NCBI GenBank assembly: GCA_963803435.1
Contig: CAWDML010000003.1
Span: forward strand, 800,001-864,000
Reading direction: 5' to 3'
DNA from: an uncultured delta proteobacterium
GTDB lineage: Bacteria; Myxococcota; Kuafuiibacteriia; Kuafuiibacteriales; Kuafuiibacteriaceae
DNA length: 64,000 bases
Position 1 is the first letter of the stretch, and each line of letters starts with the position of its first letter. This document shows positions 22,703 through 32,999 of the stretch, piece by piece. The notes under the pieces were generated by a model. It worked only from the letters and a program-made list of their open reading frames with translations, did no database searches and was not told where the DNA came from. The position numbers were made by a program, and so were the translations under genes.

Positions 22703-23667
22703 GCCTCGAGGCCGAGCACCGCGCGCTGCGGCGGGGTGTGGGGGTGAGCGTGCTGCCGCACGTCTCCTTGCGGGTGGTCTCGGGAGACGACGCCTACGAG
22801 CGCGTGGATCAGCGCGTGGCCACCCCGCTCTCGATGCGCGACGGTCAGATCCGACAGGCGGTGGTGGTCGACGCCGGCGGTCGCGTCTCGAGCGATCTGT
22901 ACGCCGGCAATGACGATGGCGACCTGGTCCTCTACGGCGAAGCGCTCCCGGAGCTGGGCGCCCGCGAGGACGTGCGGTGCCTCTCAATCAACGGCCCCTT
23001 CGCCTGGGAGCTCCTCGCCGCCCTGGAGGAGCGGGACGTGATCGGCTTTCCGTACCTCAGCTTCTACCGGCCGCGCGAAGGCTGGTGGTACTTCCGGGCC
23101 GGGAAGACCGGCGAGTTTGGCTACGATCTGTTCGTCCCCAGCGCCGACGCCGACGCGTTCTACGAGCGGATCATGGCCGCAGGTCGCGCCTTCGAGGCGA
23201 TCCCGGTGGGGCTCGCCGCGCTCCGGCTGGCAGCGCTCGAGAACGGCTTCTTCACCTTGGAGCGCGAGGGCGCGTTCGGTCTCACACCCGGCGAGCTCCA
23301 GCTGTCGTGGCGGCTCTCCTACAAGAAGCAGGACTGGCCGGAGCCGGCGCGCCGCATCACCTACTTCTTCAGTGAGGATCGCCTGACGCCGCAGGATCCG
23401 ATCCGGCTCGAGGAGGAGCGCATCGGCATGGTCCTGGTCTCGGACCGGAGCCCGCTGCTCGACCGATTCATCGGCATCGCGCTCCTCGACCGGCGCTGGG
23501 CCTACAGCGGGATCGACGCCTTCACGGCCGAGCACCAGGGCGAGCGGGTCCGCTTGATCACAGCCTCGTCACCGTTCGTCCACAACCTGAGCACGTTCCT
23601 GAAGCCGGGGCACGACTGCTTCGCTCGTCGCGATGCGATCGCATTCCCGGGTTGGAGTCGATCGTGA
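22699..23667 (+). CDS. GcvT/aminomethyltransferase-like folate-binding protein
   Basis: EHRALRRGVGV, VSGDDA, LSINGPFAWELL, RAGKTGEFGYDLF, LRLAALENGF. Confidence 0.75.
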   Translation: MSLEAEHRALRRGVGVSVLPHVSLRVVSGDDAYERVDQRVATPLSMRDGQIRQAVVVDAGGRVSSDLYAGNDDGDLVLYGEALPELGAREDVRCLSINGPFAWELLAALEERDVIGFPYLSFYRPREGWWYFRAGKTGEFGYDLFVPSADADAFYERIMAAGRAFEAIPVGLAALRLAALENGFFTLEREGAFGLTPGELQLSWRLSYKKQDWPEPARRITYFFSEDRLTPQDPIRLEEERIGMVLVSDRSPLLDRFIGIALLDRRWAYSGIDAFTAEHQGERVRLITASSPFVHNLSTFLKPGHDCFARRDAIAFPGWSRS

Positions 23668-23701
23668 TGCCGGGTGTTGCCGCGAGAAGGAGGACGCCGA
23701 G

Positions 23702-24739
23702 ATGAAACGCCGTGAGCTCCTCAAGAGCGCGCTCGCCGTGGCGGCCAGCGGATGCGCCGCCGACCGACTCTCGACCGGGACGTCGCTCTCGACGCCCCTG
23801 CCCGCCGGTGCGCTGATCGGTCTGGACCGCGGTCTGTCCCGGATCGATGCGCCCTTCTCCAGCTTTCTTCGCCGTGAGACGCAGGATCGGGGGGCCGTGA
23901 TCCCGCCCCACCAGCAGCAGCTCCTCGCCGGCTCGCTCCGAACCTTGATGGTGGCCGGCGCGCTCCACGACCTTCCCCGGGGCGCGCACGCACATCCCGA
24001 GGTGCGGACCCGGATCTCGTCGATCATTCCCGAGGGCGCCCGCAGCCTCTACGGCATGACCCGCCACATGGAAGAGCTCGCGCCGGCGGAGCGGGTCCTG
24101 CTCCAGCGCCACCTGAGGGCGGATCCCGAGCTCCCGCTGCGCGCGGCGGAGCACCTCGACGCACTGGCGGCCTCCGCGGGCCTGGGCCCGACGTCGCGGT
24201 GGAAGCTTCGAGATCTGGCAACCCGCACCGCCTGGCGGCTCGGGCATCAACCGGTGTCCATGCTGCTCGACGACACGACCTCGCGCGTCCACAAGGCCGA
24301 GGGCCGCACCGGCGCGTTCAGCGCCGACGCGCGCCTCTCGTTGGCCCAGGTCATGGCCGGCGGTGAGGACTGGAGCGAGGAGGACGAGTACGAGGACGAG
24401 CAGCCCTACGACGAGTACGAGGAGGACCAGGCCGGCGTCGAGCAGACCGGTCCGATCGAACCGAGACCGTGGGGCGGCCGCGGTCTCGCGATCGCCGGCG
24501 GCGTCGGCGGTATCCTCGGCCTCATCGGTGGCTACGCGGCGCTCGTCTGGGCCTATCTCAACTCGATCGGCAGCGACCCGCAGGCCGGTCCGATCACGCT
24601 GGGCATCATCTCAGGGGTGACGTTCGTCGCGGGCGTGGTGGTGATGATCAGCGGGCTCGTGATGAAGAGCCGACAGGATCGACTATGGCTCGAGCGCAAC
24701 CCGGGCGCGCGCAAGCAGCGTCGTCGTCGGCGGCGCTGA
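23702..24739 (+). CDS. Hypothetical Tat-signal (lipo)protein with two C-terminal transmembrane helices
   Basis: MKRRELLK Tat motif, AASGC lipobox, acidic patch, two hydrophobic helices, poly-Arg tail. Confidence 0.65.
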   Translation: MKRRELLKSALAVAASGCAADRLSTGTSLSTPLPAGALIGLDRGLSRIDAPFSSFLRRETQDRGAVIPPHQQQLLAGSLRTLMVAGALHDLPRGAHAHPEVRTRISSIIPEGARSLYGMTRHMEELAPAERVLLQRHLRADPELPLRAAEHLDALAASAGLGPTSRWKLRDLATRTAWRLGHQPVSMLLDDTTSRVHKAEGRTGAFSADARLSLAQVMAGGEDWSEEDEYEDEQPYDEYEEDQAGVEQTGPIEPRPWGGRGLAIAGGVGGILGLIGGYAALVWAYLNSIGSDPQAGPITLGIISGVTFVAGVVVMISGLVMKSRQDRLWLERNPGARKQRRRRRR

Positions 24740-26125
24740 CGCTCCTCTTCGCGTTTTCGTCGAGCGCCTGCCGGACGATCGTCGTCCACTACGAGTGGAG
24801 CGCGGATCGGCGCCACCTGGTGCGCGTGGTGGAGCGGGGCCTGCGCCAGTTCGTGGAGCGGGACGGTCGGAGCGAGCCGTCCTTCCAGGCGATCGGCGTG
24901 GAGTACCTCGAGGTCAGCGAGGACGGCGCGCACCTCGCATATCCGGGACAGACCGCCGGCGGCTGGGAGCTCGTGTTCGACGGCCGGAGCAGCCGCGCCT
25001 GGAAGGGTGTCGGTGAGGTCGCGCTCGGCGCCGGCGGTGCGCACCTGGCGTACGAGGCGCTCGATGCCAGGGGATGGCACGTCGTTCACGACGGCGCGGT
25101 CGGGCCGGCGGCCGACGCGATCGTGAAGAACACGCTCGTTTTCAGCCCGGACGGCGCGCGGCTCGCGTACGCGGCCATCCTGGGCGGCGCGGCGTTCCTG
25201 TTCGCCGGCGGCGCTCGCTACGGCGGATTCTCCGAGGTCGGTCGTCCGCTCTTCTCGGACGACGGCCGCCACCTGGCGTTCATCGGGGCGCGGGGCCCGC
25301 GCGTCCGCGTCCAGCTCGACGGCGCACCCCAGGCCGCGTTCGACGAGAATCGTCGAGCTTCGCTTCGCGCCGCGGGGAGGGCGTCTCGGGTACCTCGGGT
25401 TCGAGGACGGACGGTGGCACGCGGTCATCGACGGCGCGGTGGGGCCTGGCTTCGGGCTGGTCACGTCGTTGCTCTTCAGCGACGACGGCCGGCACGTCGC
25501 TTACCTGGCGCGGTCCATCGCCGAGTCGCGCTGGCAGCTCGTCGTGGACGGCGCGCTGCTGTCGTCGCACGACCGGATCCGATCACCGTGCTTCGCGGGC
25601 GACCGACCGGTCTTCGGCGCCGCGGACGGTCAGGTCTGGCGCGTCGGCGGAGGTCCTGCGCTGGACGACATCCTGGAGATCGCGTGCGGCCCCACCGGCC
25701 GGCACGTCGCCTACGTGGGAATGCTCGAGGGTCGCGCCGTCGTGTTCGAGGACGGCCGGGAGCTTGGCCGCTACGCGGAGGCGGACGCGCCGGTGTTCTC
25801 GGGCGACGGGCGGACGCTCGCGTATGTCGCCGCCGACGGCGCCGAGTCCTGGGTGCAGCTCGCAGACCGCCGCGTTCTGCTCTCCCGTCCGGTGTCGAAC
25901 ACGCTGGTGCTCTCGAACGACGGCGCGCACTTCGCGCTCCTGGCCGCCGGTCCCCGGGGAGCGCCGGCTCTCTACATCGACGGCGTGGCCGTCCGCGACT
26001 TCGACTTCGAGGAGCCGGCTGCGCTCGCCCTCAAGCGCGGAGTGGCACCGCCCGGCGATCAGTTGCGCCGCTGGATGCGCGCCGAGCTGATCGTCTACCT
26101 GGAGGAGACCGGTGCGGCCCGCTGA
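24685..26125 (+). CDS. WD40/TolB-like beta-propeller lipoprotein (frameshift near 25350)
   Basis: Repeated FSxDGxHLAY blades in ORFs 24469..26133 and 25439..26125; SSAC lipobox. Confidence 0.7.
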
Positions 26126-28064
26126 GATCGTGATCAGCGGCGCCGGCGTCGCCTGCGCCCTCGGAACCGATCGCAGAGCGTTTGCCGAGGCGATCGCCCG
26201 CGGCGCCGACGGCCTCACCGGATCGCCTCCGATGGGCCGCCTCGCCGCTTCTCCGCCGCCTCCGCCCGATCCATGCCCGCGCCTCGCGGTGGGCGCGGCC
26301 CGCGCGGCTCTCCGGGACGCCGGCCTCGATCCGCCTCCTCCGTCGCTCGCGCTCGTCTTCGGCACGAGCGCCGGAGGTCTCGGCGCCCGCGCGCTGTTCG
26401 AGTCCGATCGCGCGCGCCACGCGGCGCTCCTTCGCGAGAGCCTGACCGAGATCCAGGTCGCCTATCTGACCTCGGCGCTCGGGGTCGGCGGCCCGGCGCT
26501 CGCGGTGACGACGGCCTGCACCGCCTCGGCCCACGCCGTCGCGCACGGTTGCCTGCTCCTCTCGGCCGGGATCGTCGACCTGGTCCTGGCCGGCGGCGCC
26601 GACGCGATCTCGGATCCGCTGGTCGCCGGGTTCAGGGCCCTCGGCGCCCTGAGCGCGGTCCCTTGCGCCCCGTTCAGCGAGCCGTTCGGGATGAGCCTGG
26701 GCGAGGGCGCCTGCTTCTTCGTGCTGGAGCGCGCCTTCGACGCCGCCGCCCGCGGCCAGGCGGCGCTGGCCCACGTGCTCGGCTACGGCCTCTCCTCGGA
26801 CGCCCACCACGCGACCGCGCCCGATCCGAGCGGCGGCGGCCTCGCCCGGGCCATGCGGGCCGCGCTGAGCCGCGCCGCGCTCTCGCCGCTCTCGGTGGGC
26901 TACGTGAGCGCGCACGGCACCGGGACCGAGGCCAACGACAGCGCCGAGATGCGGGCGATCCGGAGCGTATTCGGCGCCGCCGCCGAGGTGCTCCCGATCA
27001 GCGCCACCAAGAGCATGATCGGTCATACGCTGGGCGCCTCGGCGGCGCTCGAGTCGCTGGCGGCGATCGAGGGGATGCGCGGCGGCTTCCTCCCGCCCAC
27101 GATCCACTTCGTAGGTCCGCGCCCGGATGCGCCTCGGGATCCGATCCCACGCCCGCGCTCGGGAGCGCCCGCGATCGTGATGAAGAACAGCGCGGCCTTC
27201 GGCGGGACCAACGCGGTCCTGCTCTTCGGCCACCGACCGCCGCCGCCGGTCGCTGCGCGCTCGACCGAGGAGGTGTACGTGGTGGGGGCCTCGCTCCTGG
27301 GCGCGGACGGCGACCTCGAGGGCGTGACGCAGCGCCTCGATCTGGACGGTCTCGATCGCGCCTCTCGGCTTCTCACCACCACCGCGGCCGCCGCGCTGGC
27401 GGATGCGCGGATCCGCCTGCGCCGCCCCTTGTCGGATCGCGCTGGTCTCTTCGCGACGACCGCGCACCTGCCGTGGGACTCGACGCGCGAGTTCTTCGAG
27501 AGCGTGCGCACCCGGGGTGTTGCGCGGGCCTCGGCGCCGGCGTTCTCCCGCATGGTGATGAACGGCCCCGCCGGCGCTGCCTCCCGCATTCTCTCCCTGA
27601 AGGGGCCGCTCAGCGTCCTGGCCGGCGGCCGCGGGACCACGCTGCTCGCGCTCGTGCAAGCGAGCTTGCACTTGAGGGAAGGCGACGCGGATCTGATCGT
27701 GGTCGCCACCGCTGAAGTGGCCGACCAGGATGTCGGCCTCGTCCGCGGAGCGCAACTCCCCGGTGACGCGGCCGCGGCCGTCTGCCTGGTCGGGCGCAGG
27801 CTGCTCGAGCACGCCGGGCTCCGGCCGCTGGCGAGGATCGCAGCGGTCGCGCTCTCCGGCGGTGGCGATCCTGAGGCGGCGCTCCGCCGGCTCCCCGAGG
27901 CGCCCCGGCGCACCTTCGTCGCCGAGGGCGCGAGAGACACCGCCGACGCGCAGCTCCTGGTGGAAGCTTGCCGCTCGGTGCCCGTGCACGGTACGGCGGT
28001 GATCGCTTCGAGCGACGGCCGCTTGGCGAGCGCGGCGATCCGTCTGGCGAGCGTAGATGCGTAG
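26112..28064 (+). CDS. FabF-like ketosynthase fused to a degenerate CLF-like KS domain
   Basis: TTACTAS (Cys), AHGTGT (His), KSMIGHTLG (His), AFGGTN; second half AFSRMVMNGPAG...LKGP lacks the catalytic Cys. Confidence 0.85.
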   Translation: MRPAEIVISGAGVACALGTDRRAFAEAIARGADGLTGSPPMGRLAASPPPPPDPCPRLAVGAARAALRDAGLDPPPPSLALVFGTSAGGLGARALFESDRARHAALLRESLTEIQVAYLTSALGVGGPALAVTTACTASAHAVAHGCLLLSAGIVDLVLAGGADAISDPLVAGFRALGALSAVPCAPFSEPFGMSLGEGACFFVLERAFDAAARGQAALAHVLGYGLSSDAHHATAPDPSGGGLARAMRAALSRAALSPLSVGYVSAHGTGTEANDSAEMRAIRSVFGAAAEVLPISATKSMIGHTLGASAALESLAAIEGMRGGFLPPTIHFVGPRPDAPRDPIPRPRSGAPAIVMKNSAAFGGTNAVLLFGHRPPPPVAARSTEEVYVVGASLLGADGDLEGVTQRLDLDGLDRASRLLTTTAAAALADARIRLRRPLSDRAGLFATTAHLPWDSTREFFESVRTRGVARASAPAFSRMVMNGPAGAASRILSLKGPLSVLAGGRGTTLLALVQASLHLREGDADLIVVATAEVADQDVGLVRGAQLPGDAAAAVCLVGRRLLEHAGLRPLARIAAVALSGGGDPEAALRRLPEAPRRTFVAEGARDTADAQLLVEACRSVPVHGTAVIASSDGRLASAAIRLASVDA

Positions 28065-29034
28065 AGCGATCATCGCCCTCTCGATCGCGGCCGCCCTGAT
28101 CGCGGCGTTCCTGCTGGGGCGCCTGCCCTCGGCGACGGACTCGGCGCGCTCCTCAGGGGTCGAGATCGACCCGCTCTCCGACGAGACCGGCGGGGCCTGG
28201 GCGCGCGTCCATGCCTCGCCCTCGGATCCCGGCGCCTGGGCGGAGCTCGGCGACGCGGAGTCGGCGGCGGGCGACCTGGTCGCCGCCGAGCACGCCTACC
28301 TCACGGCGATTCGCCTGGGCGGGGACAACGGGCTGGCCTACGCGCGCCTCGGGTTCCTCCACTACGAACGCAACGAGGATGATCGCGCGCTCGCGTTTCT
28401 GCTCGAGGCCAGACGGCGCGGGGCGCAGGTGCCCATGCTCGACTTCACGATCGAGACGCTCGAGTCGAGACACGCGGAGCCGGCCGAGATCGATCGGGGA
28501 GAGGTCAAACACGCCGCCGACGCCGGTGTCCCCGCGTCGGACGCCGGGGAGACCGACGCCTACGTACCCAAGCCGGAGGTCCCGGACGCCCCGGAGATCG
28601 CGCAGGTCTCCCCCGAGCCTCCCCCGCCGCCGCCGCCCGTGTACGACGCCTGCACCGTGCCCGCGAAGTCGATCCGGAGCGGCCGGAGCTACACCGTCGA
28701 GCTCGCGATCTACGGCCACTGGGCCGAGCTGATCATCGACACGGGCGCCAGCGTCACCGTTCTGACGCGCGCGTACGCCGATGCTGTGGGGCTGCCGCGC
28801 GATCCCCGAGCGTCGATCCGTGCCATCACCGCGAACGGCCGGGTCGAGCTTGCCACCGCGATCGTGCCCCAGGTGGTGCTCGCGGATCGCGTGGTCGAAG
28901 ACGTCCGGGTGGCGATCTGCGACGAGTGCGTCGAGTCGGTCGCCGACGGGCTGCTCGGCCTCGACCTGGTGGCCGCGTTCGGGCTGAAGCTCGATCTCGC
29001 GAACGGTACGCTTCACTTCGCCGACTGCGATTGA
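28057..29034 (+). CDS. TPR + retropepsin-like aspartyl protease
   Basis: N-terminal TM, TPRs, LIIDTGASVTVL, TANG, GLLGLD. Confidence 0.85.
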   Translation: MRRAIIALSIAAALIAAFLLGRLPSATDSARSSGVEIDPLSDETGGAWARVHASPSDPGAWAELGDAESAAGDLVAAEHAYLTAIRLGGDNGLAYARLGFLHYERNEDDRALAFLLEARRRGAQVPMLDFTIETLESRHAEPAEIDRGEVKHAADAGVPASDAGETDAYVPKPEVPDAPEIAQVSPEPPPPPPPVYDACTVPAKSIRSGRSYTVELAIYGHWAELIIDTGASVTVLTRAYADAVGLPRDPRASIRAITANGRVELATAIVPQVVLADRVVEDVRVAICDECVESVADGLLGLDLVAAFGLKLDLANGTLHFADCD

Positions 29035-29618
29035 GCCGCGGTCAGAGTCCCGGCGCGGCGGAGCTCCTCCTTGTACAGCGCCACCGCCACGAGCGCGTGC
29101 GTGATCGCTCCCGAGGCGAGGAGCGAGCCGGCGTCCCGCCACGGCACCACGACCACGCGGCACTGCTCGTGCGCGTCGAAGGCCTGCGCGCTCCTCGGCC
29201 TCGCGCCCCGCGCCAGGAAGGTGTGGCAGCGATTGTCCTGAATCGCGGGGTTGGGCTCGATCGAGCCGAGCGAGCTCCAGTCGTCGGCGGCGTACCCGGT
29301 CTCCTCCGCGAGCTCGCGCACCGCCGCCTCGAGCGGCGACTCTCCGGGGTCGACGATCCCGCCCGGAATCTCGAGCGTGACGCGCAGGACGCCCTGCCGC
29401 CACTGCTCGATCATCACCAGCTGATCGTCCTCGGTCAGAGCGATCACGTTCACCCAGTCGTTGGTCTTGAGAATGTAGAACTCGCCTTCACGCTCGGCCG
29501 CGCCCTCCTCGGCGGTGGCCTCCTGTCGCATCTGGCGGGCCTCGATCGAGAACACGCGGCAGTCGAGGAGAGTCCTCTTGTCCTCGACCTTCCAGCTCGG
29601 CACCGATCCGTCGCTCAT
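29013..29618 (-). CDS. NUDIX hydrolase (ADP-ribose pyrophosphatase-like)
   Basis: Nudix box PGGIVDPGESPLEAAVRELAEETGY. Confidence 0.92.
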   Translation of the reverse strand: MSDGSVPSWKVEDKRTLLDCRVFSIEARQMRQEATAEEGAAEREGEFYILKTNDWVNVIALTEDDQLVMIEQWRQGVLRVTLEIPGGIVDPGESPLEAAVRELAEETGYAADDWSSLGSIEPNPAIQDNRCHTFLARGARPRSAQAFDAHEQCRVVVVPWRDAGSLLASGAITHALVAVALYKEELRRAGTLTAAQSQSAK

Positions 29619-29694
29619 CCCGTCTCTGTAACACCGGGCTTGGCGGGATCGAAGCGCAAGTCAGCCTGCGGTCGATCCGCACCGCCGGTAGATC

Positions 29695-31255
29695 GTGGGC
29701 GCGTTTGGGTGTAGCACGCCCATTGGAGTGACATGGTCGGGTGTCCTCTCGGGTTTGGTCCTGCTCGCGCTCGCCGGATCCGAGGCTCGCGCCGAGGTGC
29801 CGGCGATCGAAGAGAAGCAGAGCCTCGACCGCACGCTCCGTGAATATCTCTTCCTCGACGCGCAGCTCGGCCTACGCCGTCGCGACATCATCTACGCCGA
29901 GGACGCCGCCCCGGGGCCGGGCGCCCGCAACGAGCTCCGCGTCTATCTCAACGGTCAGGCGCAGTCGGGTGTCCAGGGCGCGCTGGCCGCCTACGTCGGG
30001 CTTGGCTTCGTCGGCCGGCTCACCACCGACGTCGCCGGCGATCCGATCGCGGACCCCTACGACGACCTGTCGCTCGAAAGGAGCCTGCGGGTCTTCGGCG
30101 CCTACGGCGAGTGGACGCATCGCGACGAGGATCGTCGTGCGCTGGTGACCGTCCGCGCGGGCCGGCTCTCCGACTGGGACGCGCGCGCCGCGCTCCTCAC
30201 GTACGACGGCCTGTTCGCGCGCGCCGCCCTCGGCGGTCACGCCGCCGTCACGATCTTCGGGGGCCGTCGCGCGATCCTCGATGGCGAGCTTCCCGACGAA
30301 CGCGCGCGCGCCCTGGCCCAGCTGGTCGCCGGCGCCGACGTGGAGGGCTTCTTCGGCGGCTTCTCGGCCCGGCTCGGCTATCGCCTCGAAGAGGTGCATC
30401 GCGCGCTCGCCTCGATCGGGTGGAGCGGTGACCAGGTCGAATCTCGCGCTCACCGGAGAGATGCTGCTCTCGGGCGGAAGCATCCAGCCGGCCGGCGACG
30501 AGCGGGACGACGGTCTCGCCGGGGTGGTGCGGCTCGACGGCGGCGCGCGGACGCCCTCCGGCGCCACCGCGGTGACCGGCTGGCTCGAGGCGCAGGTGGG
30601 GCGCGATCCACGGACGTTCGGCAGGGGAGGCCTCGGGCCGTCGGCCGTCGAGCTCGAACGGACGATCGGCGCTCCGATCTCGGCGGGGACCCTCGATCGT
30701 CTCTTCCTCGGTCCCGAGCTGGCCCACGTCTCGGGCGAGCTCCTCTTCGAGCAGTGGATCGTCTCCGAGCTCGCAGTCGATCTGGGCGTGTTCGGCCGGC
30801 TGCCGCTCTCCGCCGCCGATCGCCGCAGCCTGCGCCCGTCCACGCTGGAGGTCTGGCTGGGCCCGGAGATGCTGCTGGCCGGCGGGCTGCGAGCGGCGCT
30901 CGAGGCGCGCCTGTCGTTCGAGGATCCCGGTGCGTCCGGTCGCGTCTTCGCACGCGACGGCGACGGCGTCCGCCGCTCCTCGTCGCTGCGCCTGTACGCC
31001 GAGATCCCGCTGGAGCTCTCGGAGCAGGTGCTGCTCTCGATCCGTCCCGAGGGCGAGGCCTTCCTGTTCACGACCAGCGGCCCGCTCACCCGTGCCGAGA
31101 ACGAGCGCGGCTTCGCGGCTGGGCTGCTGGCCACGCTCCGGATCGCTGGGTTCAGCGTGGCGGCGCGCTACGACGTCAGCGCGCTGCCCGCGTTCGGAGG
31201 CGACGGCGTCGCCACGATCCACGAGATCGAGCTCTGGCTCGGAGGCACCTACTGA
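29695..31255 (+). CDS. Outer-membrane beta-barrel protein (one frameshift near 30442)
   Basis: Signal peptide (EARA-E); amphipathic strands in ORF 29695 then ORF 30281; C-terminus IELWLGGTY; start uncertain. Confidence 0.7.
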
Positions 31256-32962
31256 TGCGCCGGCTCGCCCTGCTGCTCTCGCTCGCGCCGTCGATCGCCC
31301 ACGCCCAGAGCACCGAGCGCTGCGAGGGCCAGACGTTCGCCGAGCTGGCCGAGCGCGCCTTCGGCGACGCCCAGCTCGGTCCGCTGGTCGCGATCTTCAA
31401 CGGCCAGCGCGCCGAGCTGCGCTGCCAGGAGGGCCGCTTCGTCCGCTTCCCGGCGACCATCCAGCACACGCTGGCGTTGGGGCAGACGGTCCGGGCGGTG
31501 GCCGAGCGGTTCCTGGCGGCGCCCGGCGGCGAGGCGCTCCTCCGCGCGAGAAACGGTCTGGCCGCGGGTGTCGAGCCGGCGCCGGGCGCGATCCTCCAGG
31601 TCCCGAGCGAGCTCGAGATCAAGGTGGGCACGCGCCCCGAGGCGGAGCTCGCCCAGATCCCTGGGCTCCCGGACCTGGCGGCGATCCGCCGTTACAACGG
31701 GGTGGCGCCGAACCGGCCTCTTCCTCGGGGCGGGACGATTCTACGTGCCGCTGTTCCTCGAGCTGTCGCGGACCCCACCTCCGCCTCCGCCTCCGCCGGA
31801 GGTCGCCGGCGATCACGAGGGGGAGCCGCCGAGCCCGAAGCGAATCCAGGTGGTCGCGGGCGCCACGCGGGAGGGCTTCAGGCACGGCACGCACCGCGCG
31901 CTGATGGGGGCGGCCTACGCGTGCGGCCTCTGCCACCGTGAGGATCCGTCGTCGCCCCATACTTATGAGGTGGTTCAGGGGGCGCTGTGCGGCCGCTGCC
32001 ACGCGACCGTCGCGCTCGACCAGCCGGGGCCACGCCCCTACCAGCTCGCGCTCTCCTTCAGCCACGACCTCCACCTCGATCCCGCGCGGCCTGTCCAGAA
32101 GGGGGGCTATCAGCTCGAGTGCTCCGTCTGTCACGCCGCGGCCGGGGAGGGCGCCCTGCTCGGGCTGCCGGCGCACCTGGAGTGCATCCAATGCCACAAC
32201 GCCACCGAGGCCAAGCCGGCGGTCGCATCCGATTGCGGCGGATGCCACGCCGACGACGAGTCGCTCGATCGCTTGCGCCTGGCGCGGGCGCTCCTCGACG
32301 AGCACTACCGCGGATCGGTCCGCGGAACCGACATCCGCTTCAGCCACGCCGAGCACGCCGTCTCGGGTTGCCCGGACTGCCACCGCGGGGTCTCGTCGGC
32401 CGACTCACTCGACGAGATCGAGCCCCAGCGGATGGCGGACTGCCTGCTCTGCCACCGCGGTCTGGCCAAGGAGATGGCCGGGGCCATGGTCGCGCTCGAT
32501 CGCTGTCGGACCTGCCACCTGGCGCGGAGCCCGATTGCCGCTCCTGCGTTCGCCTCCTCGACGCACAAGCCGCTCTCGCATACGCGCACGTTCCGCCTCC
32601 GCCACGCGCACCAGGCCGAGACCGATCGCGGGACCTGCGCCGCCTGCCACACGGAGCTCGCCGGCGGCGACGGGGCCCGCTGCGATCGGTGCCACGCGCG
32701 GACGCGCCCAGAGGATCACACGGTCCGATGGCGCGAGGAGCCCCATGGTCGCGCCGCCGAGCGCGATCCGGATCGGTGTGCAACGTGCCATGCGCGCGAC
32801 CGCTGCGCGAGCTGCCACGCGATCGCACCGCGCGACCACTCCCCCCGGGCCACATTCATTCTCCGACACGGCCTGAGCGCGCGTACCTCCACACGCCGCT
32901 GCCTGACCTGCCACCTTCCGCAGGCCGATTGCGCCCGTTGTCACGACCTCGCCTCGTTCTGA
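31255..32962 (+). CDS. LysM-domain multiheme cytochrome c (14 CxxCH; one frameshift near 31740)
   Basis: Signal peptide MRRLALLLSLAPSIAHA; three LysM-like units; Pro linker; 14 CxxCH motifs with FSHxxH cytochrome c3/c7-like spacers. Confidence 0.8.
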
Positions 32963-32999
32963 ACTTGCCGGGAGCGCGGATCCGTGTACCGAATGAGTC

